Source: Candidatus Eiseniibacteriota bacterium (lineage in GTDB: Bacteria > Eisenbacteria > RBG-16-71-46 > CAZAMP01). From it: 64,000 nt of DNA. Positions 17,468 to 27,339 of the stretch are shown piece by piece (the stretch's first letter is position 1; every line of letters starts with the position of its first letter). The notes under the pieces were generated by a model, which saw nothing but the letters and a program-made list of their open reading frames with translations, was not told the origin of the DNA and did no database searches. The stretch lies in NCBI GenBank assembly GCA_965224245.1, contig OZ245046.1, forward strand, positions 3,168,001 to 3,232,000, in the 5' to 3' direction. A program made the position numbers and the translations under genes.

Positions 17468-18286
17468 TCAGGTGTCGCGCGCAGTTGAGGTCGTGTGAGC
17501 GGCCGTCGCGGCTCGTTCCAGGTCCCGGAGCCGGTAGCTCCGCCCGGCGATGTTCAGCACGTGACTGCGATGAAGCAGGCGATCGAGGATGGCCGTGGCC
17601 AGGATCTCGTCTCCGGCGAGGATCTCCGGCCAGTCTCGGATGCCCTTGTTCGTGGTGATGAGGATCGCGCCGCGCTGATAGCGATAGCTGACGAGCCGGA
17701 AGAACAGACTCGCCTCGTGCCGGTTCATCGGCTCGAACCCGACTTCGTCGATCACGAGCAGCGACACGTTCGCATACTTGCGTCGCCGGATCCTCGCCGG
17801 TGGCAGATCGGCATCGCGCCGTAGTGCGGCCAGCAGTTCTTCGAGTCGCATGAACGTGACGCCGAACCCGGCTTCGACCGCTCGGATGCCGAGCGCCACC
17901 GCCAGATGCGTCTTCCCGACTCCTGGCGGTCCCTGGATCAAGAGTGTCCGGTTCTCTCGGATCCACTGACACGTGGCCAGCGTCTCGATCCGCGAGCGCT
18001 CGATCGACGGCTGGAACGCGAAGTCGAAGTTCCCCAGCGTCTGTCCAGTGGGCAGACCGGAGAGCTTCAGCGAGGTCCGTACGCGACGCTCATCGCGGAA
18101 CGAGAGCTCTTCACCGAGCAGCTGATCGAGGAACCGTTGCGGCGGCATCTCCTCCTTGACCGCCTCGGCGATCAGGTGATCGAGCGACTCGGCCGCACGC
18201 GCCAGTCCGAGCTGCTCGAGCCGTTCCCGCGTCGTGTCCAGATCGAGTCGGGGCGTGATCTTCTTGGTCTTGGGGGTGCTGCTCAT
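17468..18286 (-). CDS. istB: IS21 helper ATPase
   Basis: FDFAFQP, GPPGVGKTHLA, LLVIDEVG, AILDRLLH, GRSYR; ATG overlaps the istA stop. Confidence 0.95.
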   Translation of the reverse strand: MSSTPKTKKITPRLDLDTTRERLEQLGLARAAESLDHLIAEAVKEEMPPQRFLDQLLGEELSFRDERRVRTSLKLSGLPTGQTLGNFDFAFQPSIERSRIETLATCQWIRENRTLLIQGPPGVGKTHLAVALGIRAVEAGFGVTFMRLEELLAALRRDADLPPARIRRRKYANVSLLVIDEVGFEPMNRHEASLFFRLVSYRYQRGAILITTNKGIRDWPEILAGDEILATAILDRLLHRSHVLNIAGRSYRLRDLERAATAAHTTSTARDT

Positions 18287-19542
18287 CGGGCCACCTCGGC
18301 GATCGCCGCGTACAGATCGACCGGACGCGCCTCGGGCACCATCTGGGCGATCTCCTCCAGACGTCGGCCCATCTTCCCCAGCGGGCGTGGAGCACGCACC
18401 GTGGCGGTGTCCTCGCCCTCGTAATGGGCCGGATCGATCACGATCCGCTCCTCCCCGTAGCGCGGATGCATCGCCACGATCGCACCCTCGCCCAGCATCT
18501 GCACCCGCTCGGCGCAGCCACGCACCTCGACCCGGCGACCCACGAACCGGAACGGCACCGAGTACTGTCGCCCCTCGAACGACACCAGACAGTCGTGGCT
18601 CACCGCCCGCATCACCACCACGTCGAACGGTTCGGGCTGGATCGGCAGTGCGCCCAGCAGCGGCTGCTCGCTCGCGTACGCGCTCATCACGCTCGTTCCC
18701 GTGCGCGGACACCGGCGGCGGTGTGCCGAGCGAACGCTCCTCTCGTCGGTCCAGCTCTGAAGCTCCACCAGCGAGTCCCAGTGACGGTCGCGAGGGTCGC
18801 TCCAGAAACGACCGTCACGGATGCGGCGTTCGATCTTCCCCTTCGTCCACGGCTCACGCGGCGGGCAGGCGTCGATGTGGAAGCGCACCACGCGGGCGTA
18901 CTGCCGGTACGACGGGTTGAGCTCGCCCCAGCACCCCGCACCGCGCGAGACCGCCGTCCGCTCGTTGTCCACGCGGATCGTGGCCGGCACGCCCTCCAGA
19001 CGCCGCAGCGCCTCGTTGTGCACGTGATGCCACGAGAGCTGGTCCTTGCGCCGCGACCACACCCGAACCGCGTACCGGCTGTAGCTCAGCTGAAGCTCGA
19101 ACGCGTACAGACGCTCGCGCCGGCCGCCGATCCACACGTCCCGCCACTCGCTCCAGTCCGCCTGCGCTTGCGCGCCCGGCGGGGTCTCCACGCGTCGGCG
19201 GGCGCGGCGCGCGGGCGTGGGGTAGTGCGTGCGAACGAAGCGCTGTACCGAGCGCAGGCTCCCCGTGTAGCGATGCTCCTCCTGGAGATGATCGTGAAGG
19301 GCGGCCACGTTGAGCGGACCGGTGCCACGGGACTCGATCCACCGCGTGATGGCCTCGGCGTGCGCGCTCGCCAGATGCGGCTGATCGGCCCGGCCGTCGT
19401 GGTCGCCCTGGCGGTGGCGTCGGAGATGGTAGCGAACCGTGCCCTCGGTCACGCCCAGCATGCGGGCGATCCGGCGAGACGAGTGACCCCGGTCCGACAA
19501 CGAGATGATGCTCATGCGATCCCCTCGATCGAGCTTGGCCAT
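18283..19542 (-). CDS. istA: IS21 transposase
   Basis: N-terminal HTH, ETPPGAQAQADW, RVDNERTAV, KGKIER, YSVP. Start chosen at ATG 19542 (GGAGG RBS); 19575 is possible. Confidence 0.93.
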   Translation of the reverse strand: MAKLDRGDRMSIISLSDRGHSSRRIARMLGVTEGTVRYHLRRHRQGDHDGRADQPHLASAHAEAITRWIESRGTGPLNVAALHDHLQEEHRYTGSLRSVQRFVRTHYPTPARRARRRVETPPGAQAQADWSEWRDVWIGGRRERLYAFELQLSYSRYAVRVWSRRKDQLSWHHVHNEALRRLEGVPATIRVDNERTAVSRGAGCWGELNPSYRQYARVVRFHIDACPPREPWTKGKIERRIRDGRFWSDPRDRHWDSLVELQSWTDERSVRSAHRRRCPRTGTSVMSAYASEQPLLGALPIQPEPFDVVVMRAVSHDCLVSFEGRQYSVPFRFVGRRVEVRGCAERVQMLGEGAIVAMHPRYGEERIVIDPAHYEGEDTATVRAPRPLGKMGRRLEEIAQMVPEARPVDLYAAIAEVAR

Positions 19543-19783
19543 GACGCCCTCCTCGATCGAGAGCGTCACAGACATAGGACTTACGCGATAGTGCGTAAAT
19601 CTGGGTGTCGCCTTAGCTCAACTCTGGGGTGTCTCTCTACAGTGCACGTCCTCAGGCACACGTTCTGTTCCCACCTGGCCATGCGGGGGGCCCCGGCCCG
19701 GGCGATCCAGGGTATCCGTTCGGTGAACCCATGTTGAGCCCATCGGCCGGTCCTGAGAACGTGCGCACCCGAGGAGGTGCCGC

Positions 19784-20140
19784 ATGCTCTCGAAGTCGAT
19801 CACGACCGCGCTCGCCCCGATCTCCGACAACCGCTACTGGCGGGAGTCGGACGCGGAACGCGCACTTGCCATCTGGAGCCAGAGTGGGCTCACACTGAAC
19901 GCCTTTGCGCGACAGTGTGGCCTCAGTGTGTCGCGACTGCGCCGCTGGAAGTCCAAGCTCGAGGCCGACGGCAGCCCCCGCTTCCACCCGGTCGAGATCG
20001 TGGAGACGGCTGACGCCGACGTGGCCGACTCCGACGCCGGTATCGAGCTCATCGTCGGACAGCGCCACCGGATCGTCGTCCGCCGCGGCTTCGATCGCAC
20101 GCTGCTACACGAGCTCATCGAGGCGCTCGATCCGTGCTGA
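19784..20140 (+). CDS. tnpA: IS66 accessory HTH protein
   Basis: WSQSGLTLNAFARQCGLSVSRLRRWK HTH; first ORF inside the IS66 ends. Confidence 0.85.
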   Translation: MLSKSITTALAPISDNRYWRESDAERALAIWSQSGLTLNAFARQCGLSVSRLRRWKSKLEADGSPRFHPVEIVETADADVADSDAGIELIVGQRHRIVVRRGFDRTLLHELIEALDPC

Positions 20141-20514
20141 CCCTGCCGCACACCGTGCGCATCTACATCGCCGCTGAGCCCGTCGATCTCCGCAAGGGCT
20201 TCGACGGGCTCTCGGCGGCCACGCGCGAGATCATCTCCGCCGATCCCCTCTCGGGACACCTGTTCGTGTTCATCAACCGGCGCGCGAACCGGATGAAGAT
20301 CCTCGTCTGGCAGCCCTCGGGCTATCTCCTCGTCTACAAGCGCCTCGAACGCGGCCGCTTCACGCTCCCGCGCCACCCCGAGGTCGGGTCCTCGCACGTC
20401 GAGATCGAGTCGTCGGAGCTGACGTTGCTCCTGGATGGGATCGATCTTCGCGGCTCCCAGCGCCGGAGTCGCTGGTCGCCGAAGAAGGGACTTGCCTGGC
20501 GCGCGACGATGTGA
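20134..20514 (+). CDS. tnpB: IS66 accessory protein
   Basis: PVDLRKGFDGL, LFVFINRR, YKRLERGRF, LLLDGID. Confidence 0.93.
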   Translation: MLTLPHTVRIYIAAEPVDLRKGFDGLSAATREIISADPLSGHLFVFINRRANRMKILVWQPSGYLLVYKRLERGRFTLPRHPEVGSSHVEIESSELTLLLDGIDLRGSQRRSRWSPKKGLAWRATM

Positions 20515-20526
20515 TTCAAAGAGTGC

Positions 20527-22140
20527 ATGACCTTCGCGCAACTCACTCGTGAACTCGAGCGCTTCCGCTCCGAGCTCCAGACGCTGGCCGCCAACGGCCG
20601 TACCGATGACGCGATCGAGAAGGCGTTCGAGCGCATGCGCCTGCTCCTGCACCGGAACCTCCATCTCGAGCTGGCGCTGTTCGCCGAGCGTCGCAAGCGC
20701 GCGGGGATCCGGAGCGAGAAGGTGGACCCGGCTCAGCTGTTGTTGATGTTGGCCAAGATGCCCGAGAACAACGTCGATCCCGAGAACGATCTCGACGACA
20801 CCGAGACCGACGATGCGCAGCTGACGGAGGAGATCGCGGCGGCCGAAGCGGCGTTGCCGAGTCCGCCGACGCGGCGGCCCCGCCGGCAACGGCTCCCCGA
20901 GACACTCCCACGCGAGATCGTGACCCACACGCTGCCGGAGCAGGATCTGCCTTGCGGCACGTGTGGCGTTCCGATGAAGGCGATCGGCGAGGACGTGAGC
21001 GAGATCCTGCGCCTGGTCCCCGCCCGGTTCGAGGTCGAGGAGCACCGTCGCACGAAGTACGCGTGTTCGACGTGCAAGGACGCGGTGGTCACCGCGCCGG
21101 GGCCCGCCAAGTTCATCGACAAGGGTCGTGCGGCGCCGAGCCTCTTGGCGCACGTCGTTCAAGCGAAGTACCAGGACCACATCCCGCTGGCGCGGCTGAG
21201 CGAGATCTACGCCCGCGGCGGGGTCGCGATCGCGCGCTCCACGCTCTGCGACTGGACGGCGCGCGTGGCCGAGGAGCTACGGCCCATCGCCGAGCGGATC
21301 TGGGAGAAGGCGTTCCACGCGCACACGCTGCAGAGCGACGCGACCGGGCTGCGGGTGCTCGATCGTGACGACCCGAACGGGGTGCGGATGGGCACGATGT
21401 GGTGCGCCATCGGGGATGGGACGTACGCGGCGTTCCACTACGCGAAGACCGGCACGGGCGAGGACGGCCCGTGGCGCTTCCTGGCGGGCCGCGAGGGCTA
21501 TCACCAGGCGGACGCGGCGACGGTCTACGATCGGGTGTACAACGGCGAGGTGGCCAGCGCGATCGAGGTCGGCTGCTGGGCGCATGCCAGGCGGGGCTTC
21601 GAGGCGTTGCGCGACACGGACTCTCGCGTGGCGTATCCGCTGAAGCTGATCGCGCAGCTGTATCGAGTGGAGACGCTGGCCGATCGGCGTGGGCTCGATC
21701 CCCCCGAACGCCAGGAGCTCCGCACCGAGCGCAGCCGAGCGATCCTGGATCGGCTCGATCGATGGATCGTGCGAACCGAAGAGTCCGAGCCGCCCGAGAG
21801 CGCGCTGTCGAAGGCGTGCGGGTACGTCGTGAATCAACACGACGCGCTCTGGTGCTTCCTCGACGACGGACATCTGCCGTTGGACAACAACCTGTGCGAG
21901 CGGCAGTTGAGAGCGGTCGCCGTCGGTCGGAAGAACTACCTGTTCGCGGGATCCGACCGGGCCGCCCAGCGCGCGGCGATCCTCTACTCCGTCGTGCGCA
22001 CCGCCGCGCTGGCGAAGATCGACGTCTACGCGTATCTCATCCGCGTTCTCGAGCGCATCGCCGATGGGTGGCCCGACGCCAAGATCGACGAGCTGCTGCC
22101 CGAGAACCACGTTCCCTGCTACGAAGCAGACCCCAGGTAG
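20527..22140 (+). CDS. tnpC: IS66 transposase
   Basis: LPETLPRE, CxxC zinc finger, KYQDHIPLAR, DAT, CWAHARR, DNNLCERQLR, GRKNYLF. Confidence 0.95.
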   Translation: MTFAQLTRELERFRSELQTLAANGRTDDAIEKAFERMRLLLHRNLHLELALFAERRKRAGIRSEKVDPAQLLLMLAKMPENNVDPENDLDDTETDDAQLTEEIAAAEAALPSPPTRRPRRQRLPETLPREIVTHTLPEQDLPCGTCGVPMKAIGEDVSEILRLVPARFEVEEHRRTKYACSTCKDAVVTAPGPAKFIDKGRAAPSLLAHVVQAKYQDHIPLARLSEIYARGGVAIARSTLCDWTARVAEELRPIAERIWEKAFHAHTLQSDATGLRVLDRDDPNGVRMGTMWCAIGDGTYAAFHYAKTGTGEDGPWRFLAGREGYHQADAATVYDRVYNGEVASAIEVGCWAHARRGFEALRDTDSRVAYPLKLIAQLYRVETLADRRGLDPPERQELRTERSRAILDRLDRWIVRTEESEPPESALSKACGYVVNQHDALWCFLDDGHLPLDNNLCERQLRAVAVGRKNYLFAGSDRAAQRAAILYSVVRTAALAKIDVYAYLIRVLERIADGWPDAKIDELLPENHVPCYEADPR

Positions 22141-22363
22141 GCCTCACCCGACAGCGCGCCGGGACACGGGCTGATCACCCGGATGGGATGCCCGAACGGT
22201 TACGATCCAGGAGCTCGCCGGACACCGGGATCTCACGACGACCCAGCGGTACATGCACCTCAGCCCGGCCGCGCTCGACAGCGCGATCCGGCTGCTCGAG
22301 AGTGGAGACATACTGGAGACGGAGGAAACGGATTCTTCGGTCAGCCACTCGCAACAAGAGAAG

Positions 22364-22392
22364 TGGTGGAGGCGGCGGGAATCGAACCCGCG
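22364..22392. repeat. Duplicate of the tmRNA 3' end (att core)
   Basis: TGGTGGAGGCGGCGGGAATCGAACCCGCG is identical to 28446-28474, the reverse complement of the tmRNA T-arm/acceptor end. Confidence 0.92.
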
Positions 22393-22473
22393 CATCCATG
22401 AAACACTAACTGGTTGATGGCGCACGACTTCCAACGCAGCCGCCCAGCAACCAACAACTTAGGATAGCGAATC

Positions 22474-22537
22474 GAGTCCGCAGGAGTCCACACGAGTCCC
22501 CAACAGTCGACCCCAGTCATGGAGAAATAGTGGAGAC
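22474..22537. repeat. Phased AGTC repeats and integrase arm-type site
   Basis: AGTC at 22475, 22485, 22495, 22505 and 22515, then TGGAGAAATAGTGGAGAC (22520-22537), which matches TGGAGACATACTGGAGAC at 22303 and 28385. Confidence 0.7.
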
Positions 22538-22569
22538 GAAGAACGACCGGTCCCCGTGCTGGCCCAGTC

Positions 22570-25030
22570 TCAGAAGCCGTACTTGTCCTTTCTCAAGATG
22601 AATGCCTTCTCTCCTCCCTCCATGACCTGAGTGATCCTCCCCCGGATTTCGTTCACGTCGATCGCGCCCGTTCCTGCGATTCTTCCCATCGAATGATCGC
22701 CCGATTGTCGGTAGCCAAAGCATGCGACGAGCTCGGCGTCGCCGTTTACGACCAGGTTGGCGTTGTGGCTAGCAAATATGAGCTGCCTCCGTCTTTTCGC
22801 CTTCCAGACCTGCTCGACTACATCAAGGACTACTTGGTTGTCGAGGTCGTCCTCCGGTTGGTCAATGATGAGTGGCGGGCCCTCCTGATTCAACAGGGTC
22901 TTAAGGAGCGCCGTCGCCTGTTGGCCCGCCGACGCATCGACGAAGGGAATATGTTCGTCCTCGCGGACCTTGTACTCGAATGCGGGTCGGTCCTCGAAGG
23001 GCGTTACTGCGAGTTCGCGCCATGCACTTATCGTTAGCTTGGCGGCGATGCGCTTCCGCTCCGGCTCAGTCCACTCGAGCAGCTTCAGCTTCGGTGTCTC
23101 GGGTAGTTCTGTTGCTTCCTCGGCATCGTGCAATGCCAGCAGTTCCAGCTCTGCTAGCACTGCTTCCCATTCCTCAAGTGGGTCTTTGACCTTCTGTATT
23201 CGCTCGGTAAGGGCGTCGACTTTTGCCCGACCGAGCCTTGCTCCAGCCACTGCAGTGCGGAGTTTCTCTGCGATCGAACTGAATCCTGCGCCCTCTTCAA
23301 GTCCGGCTCGAATGGTCCTTTGCGATGCCTCGGTCAGTGCCTTGCACTGATCCTTGAGGAGCTTTGTTCGCCTCTTGTGTATGTCTTTCCAACTCTTTCT
23401 CAGCTCGCCGTAGGCCCCCACCGGATCGCCCAGCTCCTGAAGCTCTTGTTTGTGCTCTTGCAGGGTTCTGCGCGTTTCCGCTAGTCGCTTCTCGAGTTTC
23501 GAAAGTTCGTTCAACTGTGTCTCGTGCGCCGAGGCCCGCTTCTTCGCTTCCTCGTACCGCTTTTCGAACGCTTCTTTCGTCTCCGACCAGTGCTGCTTCG
23601 CGGCGCTGATGGAGCCATCCCGAGCTTCTTCAAACCGCGTCGTCATTTCTTGCAGGTCAGTTCGCAACTGCTCGTACAGGGCTGTCATGGCTCTTTCGAT
23701 GGTTGCGAGATCTTCGCTCCCTGGGAGGTCGCCAATCGCCTCTTCTGGCTTCGTTGGGAGACTCTCTAGTGCATCATTGAGCGCCCCAAGGGCCTCTTGT
23801 GTGCCACTGAGATCCGCGTCCCAGACATCGACAATAGCGGCCGCATCGTCGTGCGGTTGCTTGCTCTCGATAGTAGCTTGGTCGTCCGGAGTCAGATTCT
23901 TGAATGACTCGCGTATCGTCCGTACTTGCTTCGTCAACGATTGAACTGCCAACTCGTCTCGAGCAATGTAGCGACCGAGACTGCGTGCCTTCTCTACGTG
24001 CACGAGGATCTCCCGGATCGCCTCTGCGATCTTCTCGAGCTCCGCGTCGCTCTTGGCAAGCTTCTCTCGAATCGGTGCCTCTACGAAACGTGCAAGCTCC
24101 TCGATGCGGATCGCGACATTGCTCAGTTGCTTCTGACTGAAGGCCTGAACAGGCAAGAGCGCTCGAATATCAGCTTCTGAGCAGTCGCGGAACTCCTCGT
24201 CTCCAATGCGAAGGAGCGTCTCGCCCGTACTTGATTGACGTCGGACGTGATGCGGGAGTCCATTTGCCACAAACCGTACGTCGACCGTAGCATTGAGCGG
24301 AACTAGCGTCTTCTGGATCAGAGTCTGCCGCCGTGCTACGTAGTTGGGCACCTCTGCACCAAGTTCAGTGGGTATCTCCGGCGGCTGATCGCATAGGGCC
24401 CATCGCAGATATTCAAGCAGTGTCGACTTTCCGGTTCCGCGGCCACCGATGAGCGCCGAGTACTGCGGGTTCATCACTAGATTGACGGGACCGAGGAACT
24501 GGCTGTTCTTCACTGTGACTTCGGTGATGGTCGCGCTGGGCAACTCAGGCGCTTGATGACTGATTCGTGACTCCTGGGCTAGGCACGCCTGCCGCAGTGC
24601 CTCGGCTGTGGGCTCTGCCCACTTCACCCAGGTCGACCACTTACCGAGTTCGTCGTGCGTACTGCTTCGTGTGTCTGATGTTTGGAAGACGGCGATGCGC
24701 TTGCTGCCCCAGTTTGCGTCGCGCCCTGCATGGATGTTTCGCGTGCCCTCTTTCAGCTTACTGATCCCGCCATCGACGAAGCCGCCCACGCACGGCATGT
24801 TCTTGTACTTTGCATACATCTTCCGTCGGAGCAGTGAATGCTCCCTATTCTCGTCTCCGACGTTCGGCAGCAGAATGTACCGGCCCCGAAGGTAATCATG
24901 CCCATCAAGTGCGTCACAGACATCGGACAGCGACTCGAATGCAATCGCTTTGACCTCTGGGCCCCTCTCATCCTGCGGATCGTGTGCAGTTAGCTTGAGG
25001 GCATGCAGTGCCAAGTCGAAGAGGTCCTGC
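22570..25030 (-). pseudogene. 5'-truncated PHP-domain + SMC/ABC-type ATPase (TrlF/Ppl-like, probable anti-phage gene)
   Basis: Walker A GGRGTGKS, long coiled coil, SAGQ signature, PLIIDQPEDDLDN, SHNAN; partial PHP C-terminus (FQTSDTRS...TWVKW). Native start replaced by the IS3 end at 25031. Confidence 0.75.
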
Positions 25031-25080
25031 TGAACCACGCCGGGTTTGCCGGAGGGTGTATTCCTTGAGAGGATACCTCC

Positions 25081-26414
<1,334 letters not shown>

Positions 26415-26444
26415 CCAGCTCTCCGGAGAACCCGGTACGGTTCA

Positions 26445-26804
26445 ACGCGTGCGGCGACTAGTTTGTTGGTTGAGAAGTTTGAGGCGTTGAGCTGGGTCGT
26501 GGTGCGTGAGGGCGTGCTGCGCGCGGCTGATGGTGCTGCGAAGCAGGTCGATCTGCTCTTGCGTGATCTTGATGGCGTTGCTGTTTCGTGCGAGGTGGCG
26601 GGTACTGCTGCGCACGAGTGTCATAACGCTCTGTTTGTGTTGCGGGCGGTCGAGCGTGTGCGGCTTCACGTGGTGGTTTGCTTGTCTGGTGATGTGTTGC
26701 GTGTTGTGAAGCAGCGCTTCGTGGCGGAGCCGTTGTTGGCTTCGGACGTTCGTGTTCGTGTCGTGAGCTTGCCTGAGGCGTTGCGTCCTGAGTGGGTCCC
26801 ATAG
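26445..26804 (+). pseudogene. 3' remnant of an unknown gene, possibly PD-(D/E)xK-like
   Basis: Frame stays open from the IS3 right end to TAG at 26804; KQVDLL...AVSCEV pattern; strong G/T skew. Confidence 0.4.
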
Positions 26805-27132
26805 GCATGGAGCTGCTTGGGGACTTTCCGGTGAGTGTGGCGTGGCCGTGTGGGTGTGGGGGTGCGGTGGTGTGGTGGTTGGTGCGGTGGCTTGCTGGTT
26901 GGTTGCTGTGTTCGTTCGTGTTCGTGTTCTTTCTCTTTCTTTTTTTGGGGGCCGGCCCCGATTGATATCGGGTCCTTTTGTGGGCCGGCCCATGGCCGAT
27001 GTTCTTTGGTGATGGCCCTTCGGGCTGGCGGCGTGCCGCCGTTGGCGTTGGGGCCTACCGGCCTGATGTCTTTGTTTCTTGGATGTTGGGGATAGAAGTC
27101 CGACCGGGAAACAGAACGTATTCGAGGGGCTT

Positions 27133-27339
27133 GTGAGACCGGCTACCCTCCCATACCTCCTGACCGCGGATGAAGTAGCGGAATTGCTACGTACGTCGCG
27201 ACGAGCCGTTTACGCCCTCGTCGAGCGGGGCTCGGTCCCTGGGGTCGTTCGGGTCGGCCGGAGGCTTTTGATCCGTCGGGACGAGCTGCTAGCCTGGCTC
27301 GATGGAGGTCGTGCGCCATCGCCGAAGGAGCGGCGATGA
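27133..27339 (+). CDS. xis: Excisionase-like HTH (HTH_17/Xis) protein
   Basis: LLTADEVAELLRTSRRAVYALV..G..P.VRVGRRLLIRRDELLAWL; ATGA overlap with int; GTG start after GAGGGG. Confidence 0.85.
   Translation: MRPATLPYLLTADEVAELLRTSRRAVYALVERGSVPGVVRVGRRLLIRRDELLAWLDGGRAPSPKERR

Larger units (their letters stand above)
17348..19641 (-). mobile_element. IS21-family insertion sequence (2294 bp)
   Basis: Ends TGTCAAGCGACACCCAG and (reverse complement) TGTAGAGAGACACCCCAG; subterminal GCGACACC..TTACGCAC repeats; 6-bp TSD GTGCAC (17342-17347 and 19642-19647); istA+istB. Confidence 0.93.
19712..22203 (+). mobile_element. IS66-family insertion sequence (2492 bp)
   Basis: IRs GTATCCGTTCGGTGAACCCA and (reverse complement) GTAACCGTTCGGGCATCCCA; 8-bp TSD GATCCAGG (19704-19711 and 22204-22211); tnpA-tnpB-tnpC. 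Confidence 0.94.
17174..22417 (+). pseudogene. 3' relic of a tyrosine integrase split by two IS elements
   Basis: Segments 17174-17347, 19642-19711 and 22204-22392 align colinearly with 28056-28474 of the intact integrase once the ISs and TSDs are removed; the 5' two-thirds are missing. Confidence 0.9.

Noticed and set aside
22364-22392. Separate tRNA gene
   Set aside because: Only a T-arm/acceptor fragment identical to the tmRNA 3' end; it is an att duplicate.
22474-22537. CRISPR-like array
   Set aside because: The repeats are only 4-6 bp with a 10-bp period, and there are no spacers or cas genes; no CRISPR was seen anywhere in the window.
26442-26993. 183-aa Thr/His/Gln-rich minus-strand ORF
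   Set aside because: Explained by the lack of T on that strand, which removes stop codons; low-complexity translation.
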